DNA of 64,000 bases from Kudoa neothunni. Taxonomy: Eukaryota; Animalia; Cnidaria. The DNA lies in assembly GCA_964304625.1 (NCBI GenBank), contig OZ199840.1, forward strand, positions 1,194,733 through 1,258,732, read 5' to 3'. The position numbers were made by a program, and so were the translations under genes. Below the pieces are notes generated by a model. It made no database searches, was not told the DNA's origin, and was given only the letters and a program-made list of their open reading frames with translations. Shown here piece after piece: positions 39,453 through 53,921 of this stretch (positions are counted from its first letter, which is position 1; the number at the start of each line of letters is the position of its first letter).

Positions 39453-40876
39453 TTGTTTACAAAGTAAAGTGTAAAACCCCTAGTGCAACTTGTTAACATA
39501 ACTTGTTAACTTAACTTAACTTAACTTGTTAAATGGCGGAGTTATGGTTGGTTAAGCCATCACCATTAACGCTGTAGGCTTCGTAGGACGAGTAACATCC
39601 AACCCTCGCCTCTTAGTTTTCTGTGGTAATTTAACTGACTAAATTTCCTCATTTCCACGGAAACCACCACCTCATATCATATCTATTATCTATACTATAA
39701 GGAATTCGATTCTACAGAGATTTCACGCCTGTTTGTACATCCACGACTATTCTCAAACGTCTAATTCAATCACCTTTGCTAAATTGAACTATAATTGCAG
39801 GTGAAATTACACTTTAATGCAATCACACTCGAACAACGGCTCTATTACGGGATAGAGACATTCCTATGTAAACAGTAGACTGATCGGTTGCGGGAATCGA
39901 ACACAATATCTCCACTTATTGGATTCGATTCGTTACATCAGGGCTTCCCGATCGGGGGTCCGAGACTCACGTTTAGAATCAACGAAAGAATTGTACGACT
40001 AAACATGCTTTTTACATAATTTATCGATTCCAAGTAATCAGAATCTCTCACGAATATATGTCATGAGCGATTCTTCCGCAATCGAAACTGAAATTAGTTT
40101 GTTAAATAAATAGTCATTTGATTAACTTGATTGAAAATTAACTTTTTTCAATCTTCTATTTACTTTGTATTCGTATATGATAACTTATTCCTTTTTATTC
40201 GTTAATAAATTATTTAGTTTAAATTTTAAATGGAACAACGCAACAAATTTTGAAATATTTACGTTTTAATGGGAAAGATTAACGATATATAGAAGGTTTT
40301 AAATAGAAAAATTATTAAAAGATTGTATTATTTTTTATTAAACTATATGGCAAGGAAGAATTGAATTTTAATTAATATCAAGGTTACGTTATTTAAATTT
40401 TTATACTTTAAATTAAAATCATTATGCACTCAAAAATTCTATAATTAGAAACTATGCATTCGAGATTTGGTCACATATTTAATTTCCTCATTAAATTTTT
40501 AAATTTGTAATAAAACAACAAAACTTCACGTAAACTCAACTATTCGCATTTGATATTTTGCACACAAATTATGAGTTATTCATAACTTTTTCTGATAAAG
40601 AGTCCCATTTTGACCCAATTATTGTCCAAAAAATACAAATAATTTAATTTATTGTCATTTTTGTTTATTTGAATAACATTTGTTTTCTTGATAAAATATA
40701 AAATTTAAAATAGGAGGCTTTTTCTTTTTGTTGTTATTTGAATAAAAATATTTTCCTCGCCTAAAAGTAAATCCATCTTAAATCTCTTTTTTGAGAGAGG
40801 TCAGAGTTGTTCTCGTAAGTGGTAGGGGTCCAGAAACTAAATTGAATCGGGAAGCGCTGCATTACGTCATTAGGCG
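39453..40876 (-). mobile_element. tRNA-derived SINE, copy 2 (diverged, interrupted)
   Basis: 39453-39671 aligns with the reverse complement of 5392-5573 (GTAAAACCCCT, TGGTTGGT, CCATTAACGCT, ACCACCACC). The B box GTTCGATTCCC and GTCTCTATCCC are shared at 39849-39902. Confidence 0.75.
39939..40859. mobile_element. Non-autonomous hAT element inserted in the SINE head
   Basis: TIR CAGGGCTTCCCGAT / ATCGGGAAGCGCTG (13/14), with 8-bp flanks CGTTACAT and CATTACGT (6/8). Confidence 0.8.
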
Positions 40877-42092
40877 ATGTATTCTTAGCTACAATTAGAG
40901 TGTTAGGATATCCATCGAATCAAATATTGGCATATATTGATTTACCTTATTTTTCTGAAAAAATGAGAAAAATATATTTGTTTTAAATTATTGCAAAAAT
41001 TGTGGCTTGAATAAAATTGTTTAAACATAATGTAGGAAGGAACTAGAGGTTATAATTTTATCTCTTCTATTCTTCGGTCTTTGAGGAAGTTATAAATGTT
41101 TAAATTATTATGTTAGATTATTTCGACCTTTTGCTTCAATATAACAAACTAATAATTGTTCTATTATATTTTGTTATTAATCCGATTCTCAATATTCCAA
41201 TGAAAAAAAACATCAATCGAAGATTTTAAATGATTGTTTATTTATTAGAATATTAGATTTAGCTTCTCATTACTAATTATTATAAAAAAGTATTTTAAAA
41301 ATATAATATAAATAAAAGCATAGTTCGTTAACTTAAAGTTTCTCGACAATAATAAAAATTTGATTATGTATTCACAAAGTAACATTTTTAATTTAAATTT
41401 TTTAGATAATTAATCAATGAAAGCTTTGTTTTTATTGAGAAATCATATAAATATAAATCAAAGAGATACAACATTAATCATGACTTGAAGTAAAGGATTT
41501 AAAACACTTTGTGGAGCATGTACACAGAAAGTGATGTATGGACGAACCAATTTTGCTTTATCAATGCTTAATTTTATTTCTAGTTAGTCTAAATGGAATA
41601 AATATTTACTAATATCCCATTTTAAATAGTTGTACCAACTAAATACGTATAATATTGGTTTTATGGGCTTTTTCTGTCTTTATGCCCTCAGTGGCTTTTT
41701 TAATCTTAAATATACATCATCGTAGGATTATACCTATTAATTAAAAAATTCGATGTTTTTAAATTTAATTTCAAATAAACTCTATAATTACTATGGATAA
41801 AAATGAAATTCATCGCCCGATAAATTTTCCTTCGCATATCTTTCGAGGGTTAGAAAGTAAAATTTTCCCTATTTGAGCGATGAGAACGGTTTTGTTTTGT
41901 TCCTACGATGCGAATAACAGTATTAATAGCGAGGAAGTATTGCTTTTGTAGATTAACGATAGGAGCTATAATTATACGAATTAATCGGTTAATCAAACGA
42001 CTCAATAGATTGTATTCATTGATTCGTATTACAGGGTTAAGTATAAATAGTGATGAAACTCCCTGTTTTTGTTATTTTTCTGTTTCTATGCA

Positions 42093-45000
42093 ATGAATAC
42101 AGCGGTATCAGTTACTTTGTTACTAGTTATAATTTATATAGAGTGTTTGAAATATAAAAGTGTTGTAATTAGTGACACTGATACTTTAAAATATGGATAT
42201 CTATTTGGTAGTATGGACGACCCATCGGATACATACGAATTAATCCAAATCAATAACATAAAAATTGATAAGACAATCATAGAACATCAATGTGATAATG
42301 GCCAAACGTGTCCACTTACTAAAAAGGTTGTGTTGGATGACTTTGCCAATTTATTTTTGAAAATCAAATCAGGAGGAAAAACTAAAGCATATAGACTTAA
42401 TCAAGGTAATAAAACTCTGGAATCAACTCAGCATTAAATTTCAACATTTAGATTATTTTTTCAAACAGGATATTCCTCTATTAAGTGTTGGAGAAACAAA
42501 TATAACATTTAAGCTACCAAATTATTTGCAGAAGGGGTACACTTACACACTCGTTATATATGAATCAAGTTTTTTTTTAAAAATTCAAAACGAGTCGAAC
42601 CTAATAAATCCAATTCCGATAATCAAGTAATCATTTCAAAAAAAGTTGATTTGGAATCAGTTTTTGAATTAACATTGAACATATATTTGCCTACTTACCA
42701 GTTTCACACTAAAACCAACTTACTAATTTCACCAGTAGCGCATAAAGTTATAGGACAAGTCAAGTTAATCCCAAATGCTTATAAATTTATTAATGAGCAT
42801 CCGTACAAAAGTGATTTATGCTATTATGAATTCAAAGATCAAGAATCAGAAAACTATAAGAATCAATGCTTTGGCCATAAATGTATTAATTTATGTACAA
42901 CTCTAGTATTGGAATCCGGTCTCGAAAGTAGTTCCTACACATACTTTAGAATAAAAAACTTAAGGTTTTCAACTTTTTATGAAATAATTAGATGTAAAAA
43001 TGATTTCATTGATATTTGAGTATGACCTAATTTTAGTTAAATTACTTTCTGACGAAATTTCTTTAAAAGCCCGCCTGCGGAATCTAATGTCAAATAGATT
43101 TTCATCATCTCATAGTTCATTTGAATGCGAAGGGATAAAGTTGGAGCCTTTTGATTATTCGGGAAAAGTTATTAATTACACTCGAAACAATATTAACAAT
43201 TGTAAAACAACCCAAAAAATCATTCCAGGCTATTTTATCGCAACATACACAAAAGGTGAAGGTTCGTATATCGAAATATTAATTAAATATAGTTAGTTTT
43301 ATAAAATATGACTATTACTATATGTTTGCATAGAAAAATCTACAAGGAATTATGATTATATTGCCGTTGAAGGTTCTAATCAAATTCATGTACTCAATCA
43401 TTTTTCATCCAAGTCAGAAAAAACGTTGGATCAAACGACGGTAGAAGGAAATGATGAGGAAGCCATGAGTATAATAATGATATCAACACACAATGAGCTT
43501 AATTTTGTACCCGCTAATTGCAATGAGTATGGAACACCGTGCTACAATAGATGGGACGAGTCTTTCGACATTGTCGGACTTAAAGACGATCAAGAGTATT
43601 ATATTAAAGTGAGTTCTTTTAGTTGGATGGCTGAACATAAATTCAATGAGAAAGTTATACTAAAAAGTGAGTCTTTGGCTACTAAATCTCTAAATATTAT
43701 TTATTTAGAGAATTTCAAACCTGGATTAAAGCTTGATTCGGAGAATGGTCTAAGTAAAATAATGATTATGTTTGATACGAAACCATCTTCTTCAACTGCC
43801 AAAACAGAAAATTTAACATGTTTGATTGTCATGAGTGAAATCACAGATTCGGAAAATATTAAATATTATAAAATATGTGGAGAAGAAATATTCTGTATTT
43901 TGTCCTGTGATAATCTTGTACACATCAACATGGAACAGAAAAATCATATTATCTATTCTATTTTGATCCCTAAAATGATGAATAACTTTGTGGAATGGCA
44001 AAATATCTGTAATTAAAAATAAAATGTTCTCTGCAAATTTATTTATAACATTTTTTTTGCACAATTTTTAGATTACACGATTCACGGTGTAGACTCAACT
44101 AGTAAAACGCCCCCACCTATAAATTATAGAGAAGAAAATTCCGAATCTAAAGTAACTGGAATCGGAGAAGTGATGAAAGTTGCCCTAAAGAAGTATTATC
44201 AACAAGAATTTAATAAAATATTTCCATTCGAAACTTACGATGATAACCGTTTCCAATCCGACCTAAAAAAATACACTCTCTCTGGAATAAAAATATATTC
44301 GAAAGATACAAAAGTAAAGGCGTATCAACAAACTCATGGATTTATTCCAAATACCACTGAGTTAAATGATACAATCTTCGCTAGCAACAATAGAAATAAA
44401 GGTAAAAAATTTGGACTGATCATTATCTATAATGCATAACTGCCCCCATTATAGAAAATCCCGTTATACCGCCTCCGCCGCCACCACCACCACAACCACA
44501 TCCGCCTGCACCAAATCCCCCCCATGGACAATGCCAACCCAAGTAGTAAGTTTAAAAATTCAGGGTGTATGTTTTTAATATAATTTTATATCTACTAGAC
44601 AAACCAGTAATTCCTCCAAATAAGCCAACAACCAAACCGAATAAAAAAATCGTAACTCCGAGTATAAATTATTTAAAAATTTAATTTACAATAATAAAAT
44701 TATAAAATCTAAGTCTTTTCTGTTGAAAAGTGACAATAAATCAGAATAAATTATAATTAATTATTTTAGAAACTCCCCCAGTTACTAAAAAACCTAACAC
44801 TACAAAAACCACCCAAGGTATACTTTTTTCTGTTTTGTGAAATTATTTCGATACATGTGATGGACACGGTTTTAAAATTTTAAATTTTTTTAGGATCAGA
44901 CACAAATGACGCATCTAAAAACATCAAGTTATGACATAAATTTGTTGCATAAATTAATTTTTTTATAGTGGGGGAGTTTTAAAATTATGGTACTAGCGTA

Positions 45001-45129
45001 TTAATTAGATAATAATGACTAATAACAATTAGGTTGGCCGTAGTAGGAGTGATAACTTTCGTAATGTTGGTATGCCTCTGTGGTTATCTCTACATGAAAG
45101 GAAGATTGAGAAAAATTCGCCAATTATAA
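42093..45129 (+). CDS. Orphan type I membrane protein with Cys-containing ectodomain and Pro/Thr/Lys stalk
   Basis: Signal peptide MNTAVSVTLLLVIIYIEC, about 11 exons with GT-AG introns, a polyproline exon at 44455-44546, and last exon WLAVVGVITFVMLVCLCGYLYMKGRLRKIRQL*. Two frame breaks fall at homopolymers (42570, 44517). Confidence 0.72.
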
Positions 45130-46787
45130 TTGATTTCATTGAACTATATCTACTACTAACACAAACTCCCAGCATTATGTGATGATATCTCGCTAATGAG
45201 GGGATATTCAAATTTTTTAGTTATTTTAAAAATTTATTTATTTTATTTTTCATTTTTGTTGTTATTTTTCAACTTTATTTTACAAATTACCGAGATTATT
45301 TGACTTAATATAAATGATTCAAATAATAATCAGAATAAATCGATTGAAAACATCTTTGAATGATTTTAGATGAAAAAGTAATCGCAAGTCTACAGTTTAC
45401 AGCAAGGAACATATTTATAAATATTTGATTAATGTTTAAAAAAGTAGCATTCTGTTCCTTTCTAATAATTTTACGAATGATTTCAATTTGGTTTAAACAA
45501 ATATCTTGGAATGCTAAATTATAATTATTCTACTTCAACAAAATTCTGTAAATTTAACCCTCCGAGTAAAGTAAGTTCCATTTGGAGCCTAGAGTTTTTT
45601 CGGATAACCTTATTGACTGAATATTTGACTACATTTTCAAAACGTCTTGCCATACAATATATACGTTTTAACAATAGTTTCACATTAAAATGTTTTTAGC
45701 AAATGCGTGGCAATGCTTAAAGTCAATAAAATTTGAGATTTATTAATTTCAGAATGACTTGTATTAAATATTTTAGATATTAACATAAAAATGTCATTTA
45801 ACTGTTAATATTAGTTTAATTCATATTACTTATTAATTATACAGATTTATATGATTATTTCGAAGTTCAAGTAATTTTATTTTAAATAATACAATAGAAA
45901 AAAAATTAAAATATAAAGGGATAGTGTCACATAATGCAAGAATTTTGTAATAGGACAATAGTTTCTACAAACGTGAGTATAGTACTTTTAAATTTTAGTT
46001 AAGATAATTCGATTGGATTATATAAAATTCAAATAAACAAAACACATCGAAAAATAACAAATAGTAATCAAATCCACAGTTTCTGCATGCACATACTGAA
46101 TGTTTATCGCAACGAAGGGTCATATATAAGCCATATTTCAACTAAGTTTTTAATGCTGGGAACAAATACACATAATATACCCCCAATTTTATTATTATTC
46201 TCATATGTTACATTTCGCTTGCGAATTTTGCCTAATGCTTTCAATTCGATACATATATGTTTGTTTCCGCGATTTTTCTTTTTTCTGAACGGATCGGTTA
46301 ACTCAAAGAAAATTATTCAAATAATCCCTTGGATGGTGTTTATATTTTAAAATTTTAATAGGAAAGTTAAAAATTATTCAGATATTTTTTATATTTTTGT
46401 TTGATAGAAGAATAACAAAGACATAAATATGGAGAATTCGACGTAAATAAGGGAAAATACATCGTAATATCATTTGGCGTTCAAATAGATCCATTTTACC
46501 GGAGGGTTAATTACTACATAAATTTTTTGAGCTAATAAAACTTTCGCCATGCTGAATCAATATTTGAAATGAGAAGACACTAAAAATAACTCAGCTTCTA
46601 ATCCGTTATGATAATAGAAAAAAAGGATTGATTAAGATCTTATAATCGAAAAATTCTCGTTTGTAAAAATATGACCGAAAAGGATAAAAAATCTATTTAT
46701 TTTAAAGCAAACATACAAAATGGATGGTGACAATACAAAAATTTATTAATTAAGAAAATAATCGAACATTAATTTCCCCCTTTTTCA

Positions 46788-47269
46788 TCATATATAGTTC
46801 GTTGGTTTCATGTCACCATAATAATGACCCCTGATCTCAATCACCGGGTGATCTTCCATAGAGTTTGTGTGAGTTGGAGGATATACCGGGCCATAAGGTT
46901 GAACATAATTTATATTGTTGCTTGGATGGCATTCATGCCCATAGGGGGGATATGGTTCGTTCCTATGATGGTGCACGTGAACTGGAGCATGTAAAACAGA
47001 AGGTGGAAGCTCGCCACCTAAATATATCATTAATTGTACATGTTGATAGAAAAAAAATATATTTAATAATTTTGGAACCCTAACAGAATCATTAATTAAA
47101 CTTTAATGTCTATGAACGTTATTGTGTTGTAATTACTTATGACTTTTTCCCGCAACTGGAAATGCTTAATGAGTGAAACAATAATAGCAATCAATATCAC
47201 CAAAAAGAAAATCACGAATAAAACGATAAAGAGTATCACAACTGCTGGAAGATGGTCCGTGATATCCAT
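46788..47269 (-). CDS. Small single-pass membrane protein with Pro/Tyr/His-rich tail (paralog A)
   Basis: Exon 47269-47137 (MDITDHLP plus a ~25-aa hydrophobic segment), a phase-1 GT-AG intron, and exon 47017-46788. Confidence 0.72.
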
Positions 47270-47643
47270 TATTTTAGCTTAATAAGCGGATAAGATATTT
47301 ATATTTATAGAATAATCCCTATCGTATTTAGGACTGAATACTCGAAATCTGGGATTAAACGTTTATGACAAAAATAATGAAAACATCACGAAGCTTTTGG
47401 ATAATACGTGCATTCTGTAGAAATAAGGCATTCCGTCTGCCTGTCTGTCCATGTGTCAGTGTGTACTCAATTTGAATGTACAACAAAATTATATCCTTAA
47501 TAAACCGATATTTATGGAACATTTATTAGTTAATGATATTTTAATTGATATAACCTCCACAGGCATTCAAAAATTGCGATTTTATTGGGTTTAATTTGTT
47601 AATCGGATTACATTATTTGGCAAATAGAATTAAAATCCACTTA

Positions 47644-49574
47644 CAGTCGTGCCTCGGTATTGCGTAGTAGGTCATTATCTTTTGAATTTGGTCTATTTTA
47701 ATTAAATTGAAAAATATATTAGGTATATTAATGTTAATATTATAAAATGAATGTACAAAAAAAAATTTTTTAAATAACCGAAAATATATATTTTTCGATA
47801 GTGCGCAGTAAAATTGGCAATGTCCAGAATGCAGCGAGATATTGATGAGAAGAATAAAATTATTAGTTATTATAAATTAAATCGATTAAAAGTGGGGAGA
47901 AATGACCGCAATGAAATCCGGACTAAGTATTCAAATGTTTTAACTTTATATTAATAAGAACGATATTTCTGTTACGAATATTCAACTCTCAGTAGAGTTC
48001 TCTCAATGGAATAAAAAATTACTGATTTCAGTATTTCCAACAAGAGACAGCGATTTTCTAGTGGTAAACATGAAGATGTCGATATCGTAGTTTATAATTG
48101 GATCGTGATTGCCCCAAAAAATAAGAAACAAATTTCTGGCGAAACTATAATAACGAAAACATTGTCAATCGCCAACGAAAAGAATATAGACAATTTTAAT
48201 GCAAGTAGAGGATGGTTGACTTTCTTTAAAATTAGATATGGGATTCGTTCCGTAAGACTCCACGGGAAGCATCTAGTGCTGACTCTTCTTCAGTAATGCC
48301 TGGAAATTTGAGAATAGAGATATTCTGCAAAGTTACGATCCAAAAAATATTATTAATGTTGATGAGATTACGATTTTTTTAACAACAAATTAATAAGCGG
48401 ACTTACGTGTTAAAAGCAGAACAAGATGCCCGAGGTTCTAAATATCCAAGAAGCGTGTTGCGGTTTTAGTATCCGCGGTCTCAGATGGTCTGAAATTCCA
48501 TTATTTGAAATTGGTAAATATCAGAAGCCTCGTTGTTTTAAAAATATCTCGCATCTACCAATTGAATATTTCGCATAAAAAATTAACGCATTATCGCCTC
48601 TATCTTTATTAAAATTATGAAAAAATTTAACAATATGTTTGAAAAAGAGAATAGAAAAGTTTTAACCTTATTAGACCAATGCCCCTCCCACCCTAAAGAC
48701 ATGGGCGGTCGAACAAATATTAAATTTGTATTTTTGCCGAAGAATACCACATCAATATTACAGCATTGTGATTTAGGAATAATAAACTCATTAAAAAGCA
48801 ATTATATCAAAATTCTCCATTCAATTAATGTATTGGATGATAATGAATTAATATTAAAAAGTTACACTTCATTCGATAGTTTAAAAATGTTAAAAAATGC
48901 ATGGGTTAATGTTTTGACGGAATCAATTATTAATTGTTTTAAAAAGTCAGGTGTTTTTGATGAAGGTAATTTTTATTAAAATTATTAAATATATGTTTAA
49001 TAGTATCAACGACTATTCAAGAATATGATAACATTAATGAAGGTATTTGAACAAAAATTATTTTTCTAAAATTAACTAAACTCATTTGATGATGTATCAT
49101 CTTCTGAAATTAATGAAAAAGTTCACGATAAAGAAAACTCTTCTCCCGTCATTAATAGCGATAGCGACACAGATGATAAATCTGATAAAGAAAACACTGA
49201 AACAGATGAAACTATAAAGAAAAGTCTCTACAAAGAAAATTTAAGAAGCAATACAAACTTTGAGAGAAATTTGTATCGCGGAAGAACCAGAAGGTTTATT
49301 CTATCTACACCATGTAATGAACCGACTAATCTCAATAATAAAAAAAGTGAAATCCAAATTATCATAACGAATTTGTTCACAAAAAATAAAGATAGTTGTC
49401 GTTTAAAACCTAACTTATATTTTTTCTGGGTTCTATGCATTAGAATATAGATTAAGTCATAAAAATACAATTTCCCTCCAATGCGCTTACGCGTTCCTCG
49501 TTATTGCGTATTAATTTCGTATTGTGTAATAAAATTGAAACCCCGATTTACTTTGCAATATCTAAGTTTGACTG
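47644..49574 (+). mobile_element. Tigger/pogo DNA transposon with decayed transposase
   Basis: TA-flanked TIRs CAGTCGTGCCTCGGTATTGC and reverse complement CAGTCAAACTTAGATATTGC. CENP-B HTH motif FNASRGWLTFFKIRYGI and DDE motifs NVDE, LLDQCPSHP and FLPKNTTSILQHCDLGIINSLK are present with frameshifts. Confidence 0.92.
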
Positions 49575-51427
49575 TATTTCGGAATGATAGTCCTTTGAAG
49601 TTAACATGGCTCTTTTATTCTATAATCATGCGTAATTTGAATCATGCCACCCCATCTATCAGTATACATAGAGCAGTTGTGGTCATTTTGGTGTGTACGT
49701 AGATACACTTCTTTTACGATGACTTATTAAGACATTTGGTTTGATAAGTAACCATTGAAGTATTATTTGCCCTCCCGGGACGACACATATTTTTGCGTTT
49801 TTATTTTTATAGGTTTTGAGCATTTAGTTTAGATTTCTATTAATCGATTTTCAGATAATAGCTCTCAATTACATTTAAAATTATCGCGAAAATCAATCTT
49901 AACCTGCGCTGGTAATGGATGATGGAATTTTTATAATTTTTATGTCAGCTAGGTAGAGATTAGTCGAATGATCAATTAAATTTTTAACCAATTTTCCTTT
50001 ACTTATTTATTTGAAAGATAATTTTTATTATCTGTACCATACAAAATTATACTTTGGTCCAAATGTGGGTAATTATAAAGTTTGAGACCCCTAAAAATCA
50101 TCCCTCGGCGCATTTTTTTTTGCTCATTTTACGAGTTTATTTTTAATGAAATAAATAAATAAATAAATTTGGGATATAAAATTTCATGCTCGGAAAATAG
50201 CTGAAATTGTAACAAAATCATATCCCACTTCAAGTAAAATCGTTCCCGGGCGTGATCTCGTATGTTTACAAAAACTTGCTAATTGCATTTCTCATCACAT
50301 ATTTTATCACGTCCAGTATTTAAAATTACTTAAATTATTTTTTAATATAATTATTTTACCAAAAAAGAAATTAAGAGTACTATGAAATGATGTTATATTT
50401 TACAAAGAGAATAAATTAATTTATTCATATTCCAAAATGTGAAACGTAAATTTGACTATTACTTATTATGTGAACATGTTAATTTTAGAATATATATTTT
50501 ATTTATTTATTTGTATTTAATAAATTAAAATTTATGACCGAATTTGTGTCAAAATTCTAATATGGAAAATTTTGATATCGTTTAATTTTTATAATAGGTA
50601 TTTTAATACATGAACTACCTTACGAAAAAATTACCAACTATTGTATTAGTCATAAAATAAAAAATTACATATGGCAATTATCCAAATATTGAATAATTGA
50701 TTTGTGGGATTTTTTAAATGAATCAATTGAAGATATTACGTGTATTTTAAACAATTTCTTTAGTGCTTTATTTGAGTAAATATACAAACTCTATAATGTT
50801 CAAATATACATTTTTATGGGTTTTTTAATAATCAAAATTACAAAAATGCATTACTTTTCCCAAAATGAGAATAAACATTATTCGAGTGTCAAATGGATTA
50901 AATGATTTTTGCAATTTGTTCGCTATATAATCCTTATCTATTTTTAAAAATCTCCATATAATTTAAATTAAAAGAAATACATCTGCCGATGTAATTTATG
51001 TTATTATAATCTTTTAACTAACTTATTCGTATGATATTTTTTCTAGGATTGCATGTTAGCATGTAATTGTTTATTTATTCGCATTATTGATTTTTTCTTT
51101 AACGAAATTCAGAATATGTGTTGACAACATTTATATATACATGTTTGTATTTTATAAATGCACTATGAAAGCACCAATTTGTAATTCAATAACTAGCCGA
51201 CTACAAAATCTATGGTAATGTTAATTTAGCAGTCGTTAATATTCAACATAAAGCAAGATGTCAGAAGTAAACAATTTAAAAATTCATTTAATAATCCAAT
51301 GAACTAAAAGTTAAATTGTAAAATTATATAAATATAATGAAGCAAAATATAAATGAGTTCAAGTGAATTGCTCTGTCTTGATTTTATTGGCTCTTCATAT
51401 TTAACAAAACATTTAGACACGATATTG

Positions 51428-51871
51428 TTATCCAATAATTCTAATTTCTAAGTGGTCAACATTAGAATTATTTTGAGCCAAAGTCACGACTGGGAAATAA
51501 GTTTCATCGAGACTTATATGATGACTTGTGGGGTCATCATATCCATAAGAAAAGCACGACTCATTTTTCTGATGGTTTGAGTGAATTGGAGAGGGTTGTG
51601 GAATGGAAGCTACAATTTCAGCATCGAAATTATTTATCAATAATTCCCGAATATACAAAAATTATTGAAACAATGTTTTAGTTGTTATTTTATAAAAAAA
51701 ATAAAAATATGTTATAATTTTAACTAATAATTGAGTACTTGTTACATTTTTCTTAATTTCGGACCTTCTTACAACGGTAATTATAAAATTTATTGAGGTA
51801 AGTAGAAAAAAAACAGCGGCTATAAAAACAATTGCCGTCAAAAACGTTGGAAAATCATCTTGAATATCCAT
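51428..51871 (-). CDS. Small single-pass membrane protein (paralog B)
   Basis: Exon 51871-51739 (MDIQDDFP plus TM), a phase-1 GT-AG intron, and exon 51609-51428. The first exon is 133 nt, as in paralog A. Confidence 0.7.
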
Positions 51872-53921
51872 TTGACTAATTCACTCAATTTTCAAGATGA
51901 TTTAACGGATTTTATTAAGGTTATGGCTAATAGTATGTGAAGATTAAATCCTAACAATTCCTATTTAATGTGATATATTTTTTCAGAATTAACTAAAGTT
52001 AATTAGTTACCCTACTTAGATGCAAAATGGTCATTCATAAATATTTTAATCCATAAAAAAACTAATATTACATGAATATCATTATTTAACAATAGTTCGT
52101 TCTAATTATTAAATATGGAGGTCTGAAACGTGACCTCCTGATAAACTAAATCTTTTGTTCAATAACTATCATTAAATAATACAGAGTTATATATAAACTT
52201 GAAATATTTAATTAGCAACAATTATTTTAAATTTTATAAGCCGATTAGAATTTTTTTATGATTATTTAAAGCGACGTAATGGATAGAGACAACAAAGTAA
52301 TTTATTTATTTAAATTAAACGCATTAAAATTGTCGTCTTAAAATTATAATTCTTAAATGATAAAATTGTTTGTCTGAATTGCTGCATCTGCCAGACAACA
52401 CTATGACAATAATTAAACAGGTAATCTATTTACAGGTAATAATATTTTGTATCTTAATTATATAATTTAAAGCTATTTGATGATTCTAACATTATTGGTT
52501 AATCTCCTTTAATTACCATTAATATTTCTTTAGGGTCTATAACAAGAACACTTCTCTTTATCGTATTAAAATCCCTCAACTATCCTAGTGGTGTTTTTAA
52601 TGATTTTAAGATAACATTAAAATTTCATTGAAATATATAGAATCTTACAACTAGCCTTTACACTGATTGACTTTGACATTAGTTGGGAGTATTATCTTGA
52701 TAGAAACCATAAGGTTTTATTTGCATTTTAATGTACACACACACTCGTAGATTGGTCTCGGCTTTATTATTTGTTGAGGGAAATTTTGGCGAAAAAAATG
52801 TTGCCAATCTACAAGAACTCATGAAAAACTAACGATCTAAGCAGGAAAAATGCATTATGAGACAATTTGTTTGAAAATATACAAATTATTCACATTCGAT
52901 ATGGTATTTTTGATAATATACTTCCAGTAAATTACTTAAAGAAAATAGCATTTACTATCCTTTATTATTAAATAATAATTTTTCAACCATAAGACGAACT
53001 TATTTTCATAATACCATTTCAAAAATTCGTGTAGTAAATAAATAAATAAATTAATTAAATTTACAGAAAATAACCCTCATTATTCCATTATAGTGAATTT
53101 ATTATAGAAATAATTAAAACTCTGCCTTATATTTGTTAAAATTTATGTTCTTCCCCAATAGGATTTTAAATTAATTTATAATCAATGAATTTATTAAATC
53201 AATAGGTTATTAGTAAACTCTATCTGGTATCAGTAGGCTTTGTTTTACTTTCCTAGCAATGCCCTCTGTTACCACGAAAATTAAATAATAGAAAAACTTC
53301 CCCCAAAGTATTGACTCTAAAATAATTTTTTATAATGCCCAATATAATTCACTTAGTATACATAGGAAAATTTGTTCTTGCTAAAAAAAGAAAAATGCTG
53401 TAGACATTCTCAAGATATACCTATTACCAATATTTTAGGAAATATTACCCCATACAAATTTATTATAGACTACAGATTTATATCAAGAAATGTTAATATC
53501 TGTAGATAAATAAATCTTAACATGATGATTTGATTTGGTTATCGCCGTTATAATAACACTAATCTTATAAATACACACGCACGCGCAACCTCATTATTTA
53601 TTCTTACGGTCCCTTTTTACTAACTGCACACACATGCATTCTATATAATATATTGTATTGAAATGTTTTTATAAAATAATCTACACACTTGGGAATAGAA
53701 AACATTATTTATAATGAAAACTACGCACTATGGATTAAATTTATACAGTCCAATAGATAAGACCATATTTTTATTAAACTAATTTTGTTTATTAGTAGTG
53801 CATAATTTTGATTTGAAATTTAAAGAAATCAAAATCGATTAAAAGATAAGCGCCTAGAGCAAAAGAACACACAAATAGAATGAGTCAGCACGACTAAACG
53901 CGTGCGCAACTAACAAATAAA

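Noticed and set aside
46105-46495. Possible third small membrane gene on the minus strand with a non-canonical intron
   Set aside because: It needs a frameshift and lacks both GT and AG sites. At best a decayed remnant.
53060-53510. Exon-like decayed blocks on the minus strand (KFSYSQYFGG, faintly galactosyltransferase-like)
   Set aside because: Many stops, and the similarity does not extend beyond a few residues.
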